A stretch of DNA of 64,000 nucleotides from the human T2T-CHM13v2.0 reference genome, Homo sapiens, in assembly GCF_009914755.1 (NCBI RefSeq), contig NC_060942.1; one strand, written 5' to 3'. The notes under the pieces were generated by a model. That model was not told the origin of the DNA and made no database searches. It saw only the letters and a list, made by a program, of their open reading frames with translations. Below are positions 28,629-42,677 of this stretch, one piece after another (position 1 is the stretch's first letter; each line of letters begins with the position of its first letter). The translations under genes and the position numbers were made by a program.

Positions 28629-29089
28629 CCTTTTTTTTTTATTTTTTGGAAAAATACTGTTTGTACCTTCCACGGTGATGATATCTTTTCTGACCATGTA
28701 TTTTATAAAATTTCCAACCATTTTCTTGAAATTAGAAAGATTCCCAGACAAATAGCAGATTATTATTAGAAATATTATGCTTTTGTTTCCATTCTGTAGT
28801 TTCTGTTCTGAAGCTGAAACTTTGAGCAAATCACTACCTCCCTTTGTCTTAATATCTTTACTTATAAATGATTTCACTGATCCAGATGAACTCACAGGTC
28901 TCTGACAGTTTGAGCATTCTTTAAAAACAAAGATTTATGTTTCTTTTCTCATAAAATTGATAAGCTACTTTAGTTGTATCCATGGAGACCAAAGGTTCCT
29001 ACCTGGTTTCAGAAAGTTTCAATGCCTTCTCACTTGCTATTTTTTAAATTTTTAAAAGCTTGATAAAAATCATAAAGATTAAAAAATAA

Positions 29090-29195
29090 CAACGAAAGGT
29101 GATGGATAGGTTAATTTGCTTAATTGTAGTGATCTTTTTTATGTATATGTATATAAAAATAGCATGTTTTATAATGTAAAGACATACAATAAAAG
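29090..29195 (+). mobile_element. L1MA/MB 3' terminal fragment
   Basis: aggtgatggataggttaatttgcttaattgtagtgat..atgtatatgtatat..tacaataaaa. Confidence 0.65.
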
Positions 29196-29341
29196 TCATC
29201 AAGACATTTACAATATATATCAGGGGAAAGAAATTATATTACTGTGCAAGGCAATTAGGTATATACCAAAGCTGATTATAATGTTTCAAAACTTAAGGGA
29301 GACATGATTCCCAGCCACATCTTGCCCAATTATTCCTCTAG

Positions 29342-29697
<356 letters not shown>

Positions 29698-29999
29698 GAT
29701 ACTGGGCTTCCGTTAGTATCCAGTTCTTTGTTCCACACCCTCGTGCAAATTCTGTAGCCTTATCTTAGAAAAATTATTTTTGCTTTCATCCACTGGCTAG
29801 CTTCTATAAAGTCTTTAGGTCCTAGCTTGAATACCACTTGCTCAGGGCTGTTTATTCTGAACAACCCAACATTGTCCTGACCCTCCATACAGAAGACACC
29901 TTGTAATTATTCCAGTGTTTCTTTTGAAAAAGGCATTACAGCCAAAGAAAAATTGAGTATCTACTCATGGTATTTCCATTTTGTTACACAAATATTTTT

Positions 30000-32440
30000 A
30001 TAATATAGTCACAGTTCTGCAACTTGGTTCTTGCATTCACAAGCCTACAGATTGTTTCATGTCAAATTATAGTGCAGAGTTTAAACAGAACACAGAAAGT
30101 TTTTCATTTTAATGTTATGATTGCATAAAAGTCATGAGTTAATTTGTGATATTTATTATGTTGACATATCATGCTTCATTTATCACGTCATGATATACAG
30201 ACATTTGAAGTTTTTCTAGTCTCTTTTATACCAAAAAAAAAAAAAAAGAAAAAAAAACCCACTTTGTACGCACATTACTTTGTACACATGCAGGTATATA
30301 TTGGTACAATATCCTAGAAGTAGATTATCAGTAAAGAGGTAATACATTTGAAATTTTTATTAACAATGTGAAATTGTCTTCAATAGTTTGTGTGCCACGT
30401 TTTTTTCTTTGCTTTCCTATATTTTCACAATAATATATGTTATGCTCAGTTTGGGAATCATTGCTAATACAAGAAGCATATTTAGGAAATTATTTTCCTT
30501 CCTAGATTCCTCAGAATGTGTATTATAAATGAATGTTTAATTTTGTCAAGTGCTTTTTCTGAATTTTGAAATAATGATATATAATTTTTCTTTATTTTTG
30601 TGTTAACATGATAAATTACCTCGACAAATTTTTGAATGTTACACTAACCTTGCAATCTTGGATGTATTCATTTGCAAGAGCTGCTGTCATAACATACCAC
30701 AGGCTGGATGGCTTACACAACAGAAAACATACTGTTTTCCGTCCTGGAGGCCAGAAGTCTCAGACCCAGGTGTCAACAGGATTAGCTCATTCTAGGGCTT
30801 TGAGGAAGAATCTGTTCCATGCCTTTCCTAGCTTCTGGTGATTAGTCAGCTGTCTTTGGAATTTCCTGACTAGGTAAGACATATTATCCCGATACTTGCC
30901 TTCATTTTCATATGACATTTTCCCTAAGTGTGTGTTTCTGTGTCCAAATTGCCTCCTCCCATAAGGACACAAGACATATTGGATCAAGGCTGATCCTAAC
31001 AACTTTGTGTTAACTTGATTACATATGTAAAGATTGTTTCCAAATAAGGTCACATTCTGAATGAAGTACTGGGGATTAGAATTTCAATTTATCTGTTGGT
31101 GGTAGTACAATTTAACTCATAATACTGAAATATGCTTGGTTATAATATATTTTATATAGTCCTCGATTTTATTATGTAGAATTTTGTCACTACTTTTTAC
31201 TCCTGTGTTAACAGGGCATATTTATCTGTAATATTCTTATTTTCTGGCTTTGCTGTTAGGATATTGCTGGCCTTATTAAATTAGGTGTGATGTCTTCCCT
31301 TCTCTTTCTTTATCTAATTTTTTTCTATTGATTCAAATAGTTTGAAAATAGTAGGTGTTATTTCTTCATAATTCTCAGAAATTCACCAGAAAGCACATTG
31401 AGACTGGAATTTTCTTTCTGAGGAGACATTTGTCTATTAATTTAGATGTCTTAATAAATATAGGGCTATTCTAATTGAGTGTACTTTATCAATTTGTATC
31501 TTTTGAAAATTTTATCAATTCCATCTATCTTTATAAAATCATTGACTAAAAGTTATATATCATGGTTTTTTTTTTAATATTACAGGATCTCTAGTTATTA
31601 CCCTTATTTATTCTTGGCATTGTTCTCTCTCATCTTATTCTTCCTTATTTTCATTCTTTTTAAATTTGTCTTTGCCTTTCTTTTTAAGTATTTCAAATAT
31701 CTTGTTTTTAGCTTTGTTAATATTCTTTCTTTTTTGATGTGTTTTATTTCATTTTCTTCTGGTCTTCTTTTTTTTTTAATTCTACCCTTCCTTTTGCTTA
31801 ATTTGGATTTACTTTGTTCTTTCTTTTTCTACCTTTTTAAAGTGAGCCACTGTTCATTGATTTTAGAGCTTTTTAAAAATATTGTATCTAAAACTACAAA
31901 TTATCTGTAAGTACTACCTTATATGCATCCAGCAAGTTGAGATATGTTGCACTCTTATTACTTTTCAGTTCAAATATTTTCTGATTTCTTTAACAATATC
32001 TTTTTTCTATAAATTATTCAGAAGGATATATCATTTCTCAGTAATTTTAAATTGTCTGGATATTTATTTTTTATTTTTAATATCATTATGTTATGAACAA
32101 AGAATAAAGTATTTTAATTATTTGACATATATTAAGACATTTTATGGCGCAGTACATGGCCTATCTTGGTGAAAGATGTACATATATCATGAAGAATGTG
32201 TTTCTGCTCTTATCAGACAGTGTTCTAGAACTAAACATTAATTTAAAATAGTTCAGTATGTTCTTTGGATCATCTAATTTCTTACTATTTTTGTGTAACT
32301 TTCTTAATTACTGAAAGTATGAAAATATTCTAGTATTATGGTCGAATTGTTTGTTACTTTAATTTCATCAATATTTGTCTCAAGTATATTGAGGATTATA
32401 ATAGGCATATGCACATTTATGATCTTTATGTCCTATGTGT
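30000..32440 (-). mobile_element. Old L1M (L1ME-like) 3' and ORF2 remnants, interrupted by MLT1B
   Basis: T-rich decayed ORF2 antisense motifs (ttttgtcaagtgctttttctg, aattcaccag, gcatccagcaagtt, ctatcttggtgaa..gaagaatgtgt). Confidence 0.65.
30663..31124 (-). mobile_element. MLT1B-type MaLR LTR
   Basis: ctggaggccagaagtc, gaatctgttccatgcct, ataaggacac, tttccaaataaggtcacattctga, gtactgggg. Confidence 0.85.
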
Positions 32441-33519
32441 TGTTGTAATATCTGGCCATTTGAATTTTTAAAAAGATACAGTACTCATTCCAATCCTTAT
32501 TTTGTCCACATTGGAAGCAGCAAAAGAAGTAGGTTATAATTATAATAAGTTATGTTCCCAAATATACTTAACTGCAATGACAAAAGTGTACAGACCAACA
32601 ACGCATTTAAGAAAGTAAATTTCTGATCATCAGGTTAGCTGATGTTAGATGGTATCTGAAAGATATTCCAGGAATATTGCTTACTAGCAATACTCAGTTT
32701 AACGTATCAAATAAATATTTAAATAAAGAGATTTGTTTTTTTTAGAAACTTGAATGAGTAATTAATTCCATATGGTACTTCTTCCTATACTTTGGTCCAT
32801 ATGTCTTCTATTTTTCAGCTAATTGACTGAAGGACTGAGGGAGGAGCTTATGTCTATTACTGCCCTAGGGCTGTAGATGTAATGATACAGCCAGGTTATA
32901 CAGAAGAGCCGTGAAGAACAAAATAGAACCTAAGGGCATACCTGAAAGGGTTAGTAGACAAGAAGAGTTTTTATTTTAATTCCTGAAGCTCCACAATTGT
33001 ATCGAGTTTTTAAAGTCTTTGTAGCATTTTCATAAAGATATCTTCATTATTAAATATATATATACCTATATTTCCAATTTCATAAATTGTGATCATGTCT
33101 GAGTTTTGTCTGAAAGGAAGTTGTCATTGCATTGGTCCAATTATGAGCTCTGTTTGTTCCTTTATTTATATTCCTCTAATTACCCATTGATAAAAGTCTG
33201 TCAGTGGATAATGCCTGCGAACATTATCAAATGGTTTGGTAATGACTCATGCAGAGCAGTGATATCTTTCCTTATTTGCCTAATCAGTATCATACTTTTC
33301 AATTTGCCTAGATCATTACCTCTGGCATGTCTCACAATACTTCTGGGGCCCAAGAATTTAGCTAACAATTCTAAAATATAAATCATCAGTCGCTGGCAAA
33401 TTGTTTTTTCTATCTAAACTACTAGAGAGATTGTATGAAGTATAAGCAATACATTCTAGATGTGTAACCACCAAGAAATTTAATGATGTAATCCACTGAT
33501 ATTATTCACATTTCGCTTG

Positions 33520-34125
33520 TTTTGCATGCATTCATTTGTCTGTGTGTGTCTATTAAGTTCTGTGCATTTTCAGCACATTCATAGATTCATTTGAACGCTG
33601 TTATAGTTCAGATACAGAAAAGTTTCATCACAAAGTTTTCTACAACTACCACTCAGTGGCAAGTCACAATCTTGCCTTACCCTGTTTCTAAAGTCTGGCA
33701 ACCACTAATCTGGTTTCTACCTCTATAATATTGTCTTTTCAAGAATATTATCCTGATTTGATCATCATGCAAGATACATATGTATCAAAACATCAAATTG
33801 CATCCCATAAATATGTAAAATTCCAATGCGTCGATTAAAAATAAACATTAAAAATAAATAAATGTTATATAAACTGAATCAAACAGTATGTAGCTGTCTG
33901 AAACTTGTTTTTTAATGCAGCATAATTCTCTTGAGACCTATCAAAGTTGCATGTGTATTAATATTTTGCACCTTTTAATGGCTGAATAGAATTCCATGGT
34001 ACGGATGTGCCACAATTTGTTTAACCATTCATCAATTTTTTGACACTTAGATTCTTATTTCCAATATTTTTTGTTTTGCCAGTAAAGCTGCTGTGAACAT
34101 TTGTGCGGAAGTTTTTGCATATAGA
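33520..34125 (-). mobile_element. L1MC-type 3' UTR fragment containing a nested short L1 3' end
   Basis: ctggcaaccactaatctg, cagcataattctcttgaga, attccatggtacggatgtgccacaatttgtttaaccattca, aaagctgctgtgaacatttgtg. Confidence 0.75.
33750..33862 (+). mobile_element. Short L1MA 3' end inserted in the opposite orientation
   Basis: cctgatttgatcat..atgtatcaaaacatca..cccataaatatgta, A-rich tail; TSD-like aatattat / aatgttat. Confidence 0.7.
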
Positions 34126-35896
34126 TTAATAGAAAAATATTTCATAGGTAAAACAGACACATTCAAATTTTACTTTAGCTTCTTTGTGAAACCTAAACAC
34201 GGGCTTAAAATTAATCTCTTGATAAGAATAATTACATATTGTTTACTCCTGCCTTGATACTTTTATCTCTAACATTACGTGTCAGGTGGTAAATATTTAG
34301 GTATCTAAAGAGTGTGGTCTGTAGAGTTAAGCTTCCCGAGTTATCCACTTAGTTGTGTGCTCCTTAGAAACTACTTTGTTCCATCCTTGGTACCTATGGG
34401 CAAATGTGAGTGATTTCAGTACATATTTAATTGAGTGAATGAAGTTAGAGAAATTACAGAAAACATTTTCACAGTCTTCTCAGAGAATGAGCATTCAAAC
34501 ATTATAAGGTATAATACTTATTTTAATAGGAACAATGTAGCCTTAATTTCTATAAAATTAAAACATCTTCTATTTTAAAAACTCCCTAAAATTTATAAAA
34601 TGAAAGTATCATTCACTCATTGTCTCAGGAAATTAATACCTTACATTCATAAGAGTGATTAGCAGGTAAGAGTCTGCCTGTTTTACGATAAGAATTTAAT
34701 CTTCTCAAATGCTAAAGATTCATTTGCAGTTATAGGAATAGAGATGGAAGACACTAAATTGAATGCAAGTATTTTTATTTCTAATTAAATGTACTAAAAT
34801 GCAAACTAGGCATGATCTTTCCTTTAATGCTTTAAAGGCATTGAATAAACAAAATTTGTATGTGAAGAAGGATGAGAGAGAAGCCTAATTCTAAAAGAAT
34901 ATAAATGAAGAGTTATGCATAAGCTATTTGTTATTAATGATTTCTAATGCTAGGAGACATCTTACATCAGCAGACATATTTTCTTAACATGTTTTCTGAA
35001 GTTTTATGACAAATATGATCAGTAATAAGAAAGTTGAATTTATGCCCTGGAGATCTGTGGAACTTTGAACTTGAGAGAGATAATTTATAGGATACATTTT
35101 AAATAATCACGCTGATTAATCCTTCAATTTGTTCCTATATTCCATGGTTTCTGATCCCATGAAAACTTGACAGAATTACTACCGTTTTTTGAAGGAAATA
35201 AAATAGCTATTTCCCTTCAATAAATGAAAGGCCGACAAAAGAATATATGGCAAATCATAATATAATAAACACTATAAGATTATATTTGATTCATTATATT
35301 TTAAAGTGCAGAAGATGCAATAAAGTAATAAGTAAATAAAATAGCATATTGCTATTTTTATAGAACTTTCTTAAGTTTCCCCAACAACTACATGTTTGAT
35401 TTTTAGTCCTATTTATATTTCCTATTGCATTAGTATAACATAAGTTGAGCTTCACTAGTGGATATGGATTGATGAGACCCTGTCATCAAGCAGGGTCTCA
35501 TCACTGGACCATTGATTTTGGTCCAGAATTTTCCTTTTGTATCTGATAGATGATTTTAACAATTTCAGAAAATAATATTGATAGATGATATCGATATAGA
35601 CATATAGATACACATCTATGAACACTCTCTTGATTCATGTTGGTAAAAATTAACATTCTGTGTCTATTTCTCTCTAAATGATTTTGGAATTTACATTAAA
35701 ACATTGAAAAACTTAGCTATGCTTTTATAATAAAGTCTCAAGTGTCCTCAACTTTTCTTTAAGTCAAATGTGATCCCCAGGGAAAATTGTTGCAGAGATT
35801 TGCTTAAACATCTCAAGCCAATAATAATTAATTCTTTGCAATTTTGATCTTTGTATGGCCCAGAGGCCACATTTCAAAGTTCAGGAAGATTGCAAG

Positions 35897-36252
35897 TGTA
35901 CTGGCCCATTCTCACGCTGCTATGAAGGAATACCAGAGACTGGACAATTTATTAAAAAAGAGGTTTCATTGACTCACAGTTCCACATGGCTGAGGAAGCC
36001 TCAGGAAACTTACAATCAGAGCAGAAGACACCTCTTCACAGGGTGGCAAGAGAGAGATTGAGCGCCCAGCAAAGGGGGAAGCACCTTATAAAACCATCAG
36101 ATCTCGTGAGAACACACTCACTATTACAAGAACAACATGGGGGAAACTGCCCCCATGATTCAATTATCTCCACCTGGTCCTGTCCTTGACATGTGGGGAT
36201 TATTATAATTCAAGGTGAGATTTGGGTGGGAACACAGAGCCAAACTGTATCA
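35897..36252 (-). mobile_element. THE1D/MSTA-type solo MaLR LTR
   Basis: ttctcacgctgctatgaag, gcctcaggaaacttacaatc, aaaccatcagatctcgtgagaac, cacagagccaaactgtatca; TSD gcaag/acaag. Confidence 0.9.
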
Positions 36253-38641
36253 ACAAGCATGCTGCAACTTTTACTTTCTGCCTAATTGAGGCCTCATGTT
36301 TCTGGGGGAGGGGTTAGTAGGTAGCTGTGATCCCCCGTGCTTTCTCCTGAGCCTGCTCAGAATTTGCACAAGCAAGCTGCCTTCCAGAACACCAGAGATA
36401 TATGAAATCTCATAAAGGTCCTCTATGACTATTCTAACCAAGTGTTCCTTTTACATTTCTATATTTCCTTCCAGTATTTGCTTGCCCCAACACATATCAC
36501 CATCTCAGGCTAGTTCCATATTGACTTTCTCAAATATTTAGCAGTCTTTCTGGACGCTCCATTTGTTATGCAAGTGGTACCTCTGGGTTTGCTGTTTCTG
36601 TTCTCTGACTCCACATCAAATCAGTCTGCCCTGCCCGGTAAGAATTACTGCAATCGAACTAAGAAGGGAATTGAAATAGGGGCATCTCCCAACCAAAATG
36701 CCATAGGCTCCTATGTCTCACAGACTTTTCTAATAAAGACTTCTCTGTATATAGCATAAGACATCTAATTCGTGTCCAGAGTTCCGGAGTGATTGCTTTG
36801 ACAATTTATTCTACCACTTTTTGAGGAAAGAATTTGTGCTCTTTTTTCAACCTTTCTTGAAGTCCCACACAACACTCAAAAAGTTTTTGCAGTATAGGAG
36901 ACCTAGAAATCTCTAAGCATTCTTTCCATGTTATTCTCTATTATATAAAAATAATTTGCTTCCAGAGAATAAAGCAGATGTAGCAGAAATTTTTTGTAAA
37001 GGGTGAAAGAAAATTCAATTGATAGAATATTGATAAGAACATACAAATATTACTTGTTACAAATTATTTAAATAGTTTAATCTTTAATATTGAGGATTGA
37101 GGTTAGTCAATTAACACACACATTGTACTATTATAATATTCAGTAAGAGCTCATTTTAAAATTATGTAATGCAGTATACTATGCATGATTCTTATTCCAA
37201 GAATATAACTGGTTCGTTTCATTATCAACATTTATATTATAAATAAGATAAGCTATGAATGAAGAAAATTAAGACAAAAAGGAATGCAAGGATAATGAAT
37301 TCCTGGAGACATCCATGCCTTTTTATATTGTACTTATGTGAAAAGATAATTGCCATGGTGTTACATATCTAAAGTAAACTAAAATAATAATAATAATAAT
37401 TCTCAATCACGACCTAATACTTTGGAAAATTTATATTAACTATATTGCGGTGTATCTTCTTTTCATTAACAAATTGAAAAAAAAAAACTTCCCATAATTT
37501 TTTTTAAACCAAGAAGATTATATTTACATTATAACCCTGCAGCCCATTGGTTTACTTGATAACAAATTCCTCTCCTATTCTACATGCTATGTTTCAATGG
37601 TAAAGAAAGACTCAGTATTAACAGCATTCTGGAGGAGAATATGTGTCAGGAGAAAAAGATGCAAAATTCATTGCTATCATCCTTCTGAACATTATCTTTA
37701 TCAGAATGAAACTTCCGAGGTTTTCTCATTCTCTATGAATAAATCATTACTTCATCAGATACTAATATATAAATGTCAAATTATGTTCAACTATTTATAT
37801 AAATTGTGGCTTAGGTTTTTTTATATTTTTCTTAGAACTATCCTATTGACTTTTTATAAATAGTTCCCATTGTAGTTTTTTACAGAAAATAAATAATTTT
37901 GTATTTATACATTAATTAATAGTTCTGTTTTCCACTTTATTTAATAAAATTGCCAAAACTTCTAATTGGAAAGTTATGTCTATCTAAATGTTATACTTTC
38001 TGGAAATCTTGATATTAAATTAAATGAATTAAATAAACTAAATTTAAATTATTTATATATTGACTAAAGATTCTTACATTTTGGTCAAAATATGAGTTAT
38101 TCAATTAATTAATGAATGTTATAATACATTATTATATTTATATACATTATTATATTTACATATTTATATAAATATGTATATAAGTATATATTTATATACA
38201 TTATTATATTTAATAAATATCTTAAATGTCTCACACATTATGACTGAAAATATTTTCCTAGTTGTGAAATAAAATTTGAAATAACATGATAATCACCTAC
38301 AGTTGATAAATTTATAAAATATTAAAATTTAAAATTTGAAATATGTGATGTGCTTTTAAGGTTTCCTTTGATATAACTTGTATCAATTATGCATACATTT
38401 TTCCTGCTATTTGTTTTACTTGGGAATCTCCATTTCTAGAAAAATGTTTGACATAAGGATTACAGGTCAAAAATGTTAAAAAGAACTGAAACCCCCAAAT
38501 GAGTATTTTCTTCTATGTCTTCTATGTCTCAATTTTGCAGACTCTGTTCATTTTCTATATTTATAAAACTCTTATTTTATAAATTTTCTTTATAGAAAAC
38601 TATCTTACAAAAGCCATCTTGGTTGATTATGTAATTGTTTG

Positions 38642-39240
38642 CAGCACTCATCAGCAAACTTTTTCTGCAAAGAGGCAGTGTTAGGCGCTGAATTATGCAC
38701 CCACATAATTTATAAGTTGAAGCCCTAATTCCTACTACCTCAGAATGTGATGGGAATTGGGGCTAGAATCTTAAAGTGATAATTAAGTTAAAAGTAAGTT
38801 CATTAGGGTGGACCATAATCTAGTACAACTTGTGTCTTTATGAAAAAAGGTAATTAAAACATGGAGAGGTATAGGAAAAAAACATGTGAAGCAGCAGGGA
38901 GATCACCATCTACAAGCTTTCTTCTGAAGCCTCAGAAGAAACCAATCCTGCAGACCCCAGGAGTCTTGGATTTCTCAAATTCAGAACTGTAAGACATAAG
39001 TTTCTGTTGTTTAACTTACCTGGTCTGTGGTACTTTGTTATAAAAGCCCTAGTAAACTAACACAGCCAAGAAAGTGAATATTTCAAACTATGTGGCCTTA
39101 TGGTTCCCAATGGAGCTACTCAAGTCTACTATTGTAATGCAAAACCAACCATAGACAATATGGATAAGTACGATTGTGGCTGTATTCATGTACATAAATA
39201 TGCTGAATATGGTTCATGGGTCATGCTTTCCTTACTTATG
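38642..39240. mobile_element. MER58A hAT-Charlie MITE split by an MLT1A LTR
   Basis: cagcaaactttttctgcaaag | ..agtgaatattt..gctactcaa..ccatagacaatat..gtggctgtattc is colinear with MER58A across the LTR. Confidence 0.7.
38679..39064 (+). mobile_element. MLT1A/A0-type MaLR LTR
   Basis: gttgaagccctaa, cctcagaatgtga, cattagggtgg, ccatctacaagc, gcctcagaagaaaccaa, gtctgtggtactttgttat..ccctagtaaactaacaca. Confidence 0.85.
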
Positions 39241-40059
39241 ATTTAGGTGGAAAAAAGGCAAATAAAGAAAACCAAATATTTCAAAGAAAAATGTAGGCAC
39301 AGAATGGAAAGAAAGACTAATACCATAACAGACTGGGCATAGGCAGAAATTCCTGAAATTTTTCACTTTACACTTTGTAGAAAACTAGTAATCTCAGGGA
39401 CCCTTCCACTGCAATTCAACTCTATTCCTGATACAATACAGTCAATACCTTGCAAAATATTTTTAATATCTCAATAACTTAAACAAACAGATAGGTGAAA
39501 AGAAAAATGATCTGAGCTGGAGTGTATACAACAAACAGTGAGGAAAGTGGATAAAGCTCAGTAGATGAATGCCAGTGTAAGTATGCAACAGGAAGATGTT
39601 GCTGTTGCTTTGGCATTGTTGGGGAGCTGAATCTAAGACTTCAAAGGATAAAACATCCAAAGGAGATTGAAAGGTCCCAGATTAATAGCAAGCTCTCTCC
39701 CTTCCCTCCTCTCTTGTCAAACAGTAGAAAAAAGAAACCTTCCCTGGATGAAAGAATCTCCAGATTAGACTCAAGACATTCTCGTACATTAGGCACAATC
39801 ATATATAAATTCCCCCAGATTTACTTACTGACCATGTAAGAGTTAGCCAAATACCTAATAAAATGTATATTCATGAAAGTATTCATAAAATTGGAAAATA
39901 TACTAATAATAGAAAAAAATATATACTTAAAGAAATGAAATAAATTACAAATTAAAAAATGAATACTACTAAGGCTATCATAAATATCTGTATTTCCTCA
40001 AAAAAAAACCTTGATGGATCTTGAAATACCAAAAAGATTGCAAATAAAGTAAACATTTT

Positions 40060-40285
40060 ATGCTGATTGCCGGGAACTGGAAGGAAGGAAAAGTGGAGTT
40101 TATACCTGTTTATACTAAACAGGTATAAAGTTCCAGTTAATCAAGATAATTTTAGAGCTCTGCTACTATGCAACTTCATTCTGGAGTTAACAATACTGTA
40201 TTATGCACTCAAACATTTGTTAAAAGAATGGCTCTTGTGTTAAATACTCACACTAAAACAAAACAAACCAAAATAAAAAGACATA
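40060..40285 (+). mobile_element. L1MB-type 3' UTR fragment
   Basis: gattgccggg, ggtataaagttccagt, gttaacaatactgtattatgcact..aacatttgtta. Confidence 0.6.
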
Positions 40286-40299
40286 AAATCCATCAAAAG

Positions 40300-41560
40300 T
40301 GACTTTTAAAATTTATATGGAAAATAAAATAAATGCCATAGAAAAAAATTAATGGATAGATTAACCAACAGATTAGACACAGCAAGAAAGAGAATTAATG
40401 AATAGAACTAAAGCAGTTATATACTGTAGCAAAGATAAACAAATGGCTAGATAATATGAAAACGTTTAAGTTATGTAAGATAGAAAGGTTGATTAAAATA
40501 TATTTCTAATTATAGTGCCAGAAAATAAGAATCGTATATATAGAAGAGAGGTTATACATAAAGAATCATAAGCTGTACATTTCCCTACATTGATTGAGAT
40601 CAGATTCCGTCAACTATTAAGCACAATGTATATAGAGTAGGATAAATAAAATGAAGTCCATACTTATGCACATTCAGTCTGTTAGACTGAATAACAGACA
40701 TACATTCAGAAGGAAAACAGTGTTTATAATCAAAGGACTCACAGTCATATAAACCGCTGATTTCTCAAATGTGTAAACCAAAGTGTCTGAGACAGATCTC
40801 AAGCGATTGAGAGGTTTATTTTGCCAGGGTTGAGAATGCACCTAGGGAAAACAAAACAAAAGAAAACAAAACACAAGTTGCAGTAGAATCTGTGACCTGT
40901 GCTTTCTCCAAAGAGGGTTTTGAGGACTTCCAATATTTAAAGGAGAAAAAAACGCCCAGGAGGGTGATAGAAAAATAAAAAGAAAGGAAGGTTCTTGTGA
41001 GGTTTTGATTAGTGCTTACCGAATGCACATTTTAAAAGTGCAAAAAGAGTGAGGGGAAAAGTTGATTATGTATTCCTCTGGAGCTCCGCTGATCTACATT
41101 TTCCATAAGACAAAGTAAGCATGTGAAATTACAGCTATCTGTTTGGGAACAAAAGAAAAGTAGATTTTGCGTGACTCAGTTCCCAAGCTTAACATTCCCT
41201 TTGGCATAGTGAGTTTGGGGTCCCAAGATTCTGTTTTCATTTCACAAAGGCAAGAATGGGTACCACAATACAGAGGAATCAAAATCTCACAATCCCCAAG
41301 AGAATAGTATTATCAACTTAAATTTTATATTCTGCAAAGCTATCTTTCTGGCATAATACTAAGTTAATGATATTTTCAGATGAAAAACTTGAATTTTCTA
41401 CCAGTGCCTCATTGCTAAAAGACATTTTCAAAGAAAAAATTCAAGAAAAAATGAAAAGGTTTTCAAGGCGAAAAGACCAAAATGCAAGTAAGGAATGTGA
41501 GAAAATCAATTTGAAAATCATGTTAATACATCTAACAAACAATGCACGAGGTTAAACAAA
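40300..41560 (+). mobile_element. Very old L1ME/HAL1 ORF1-like remnant, interrupted by a MER4-group LTR
   Basis: A-rich motifs cagattagacacagcaagaaagagaattaatgaa, gctgatttctca, aattttatattctgcaaagctatc, atattttcagatg. Confidence 0.5.
40772..41246 (-). mobile_element. MER4-group ERV1 solo LTR
   Basis: tgtaaaccaaagtgtctgagacag, gtttattttgcca, ctccaaagagggttttgagg, gactcagttcccaagcttaac, ggggtcccaagatt, ends tttcaca. Confidence 0.85.
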
Positions 41561-42404
41561 ACCAGACATACATAAGGCTATACTTTGAACATAATTTATT
41601 ATATTTGCACAGTCCTGGAAGCCTGTGTTTTTAAGGCATGTGAAACATGCAGAAGAAACAAGAACTAGAGGGTATAAAATCCCAAAATGCCAGTAACTCC
41701 TTCGAGTGAATTGAAGACCTTTAGCAATGCCTAGGGACTCCGCCAAGCAAAGCCAATCTAGGACGAGTGGATGAAAATCTCTATAAGAGAAAGCAGCTGA
41801 GCTTCTTATGGTTACATAGAACTGCAATGACAAAATAAGATGCAGAAGAATCTTCAAACCCTCAAGACCTTTGTCCAATTCTGACTGACTAGAACAGGAA
41901 TCTGAAGAACCAACTGATAATGAACAAAGAAAATTATAAGTGTCATCACACTGGGGGAGATGACACTATTTCAAAATGTAAAACAGGTATTGATATTTTC
42001 CTTAATCATATTATAAAGGTTAGTAATCACGTTCACTATAATGTTATTGAGTTTACATTTTTTGGAGGATCTCATGATCAAATTGTGGAGATAGGACCAT
42101 CCATATGGCATTAAACAAGGTTTATGGAGGTTAATATTCTTGCTCAAAACAGCCACAGAGCATAATTTCTAACCTTTTAGTAAACTGACTGAAGAACGCG
42201 GTATATACAAACTTCTTAATAAGTGTTCATTAAGTGAATCAGTGAGTGGACAAGAAAGAAGCAAAAAAATGGTTTGAGAAATATTATTCAGTCAAGAATT
42301 TGGGGATCTATTATAAGGAAAGATTGGTTACACTTTCTGGCCTTTAGGTATTTATTGACCAAAGAAACCATGTTATTATATTAACATATAATTAATTAAT
42401 AAAT

Positions 42405-42580
42405 TGTTATATTATATATTATATTATATTATATATATTATATTATATATAATATTATATTATATATATTATATTATATTATATATATTATATTATATTA
42501 TATATATTATATTATATTATATATATTATATTATATTATATATATTATATTATATTATATATATTATATTATATTATATT
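42405..42580. repeat. Almost pure A/T minisatellite built from TATTA/TATA units
   Basis: About 170 nt essentially without G or C, with a recurring tatattatattatattata-type unit. Confidence 0.92.
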
Positions 42581-42673
42581 AAGCCAGAGATAAATTACTC
42601 AGCAAAGTTGAAATAGTATCAGTGCAACTTCCCAGGAATTATAAGATATACACACACATAGGCACACACACAG

Positions 42674-42677
<4 letters not shown>

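Noticed and set aside
35469-35550. Possible C/D-box snoRNA (TGATGA ... CTGA)
   Set aside because: The box C-like word lacks the leading purine, is buried in a stem, and there is no terminal stem joining it to the CTGA.
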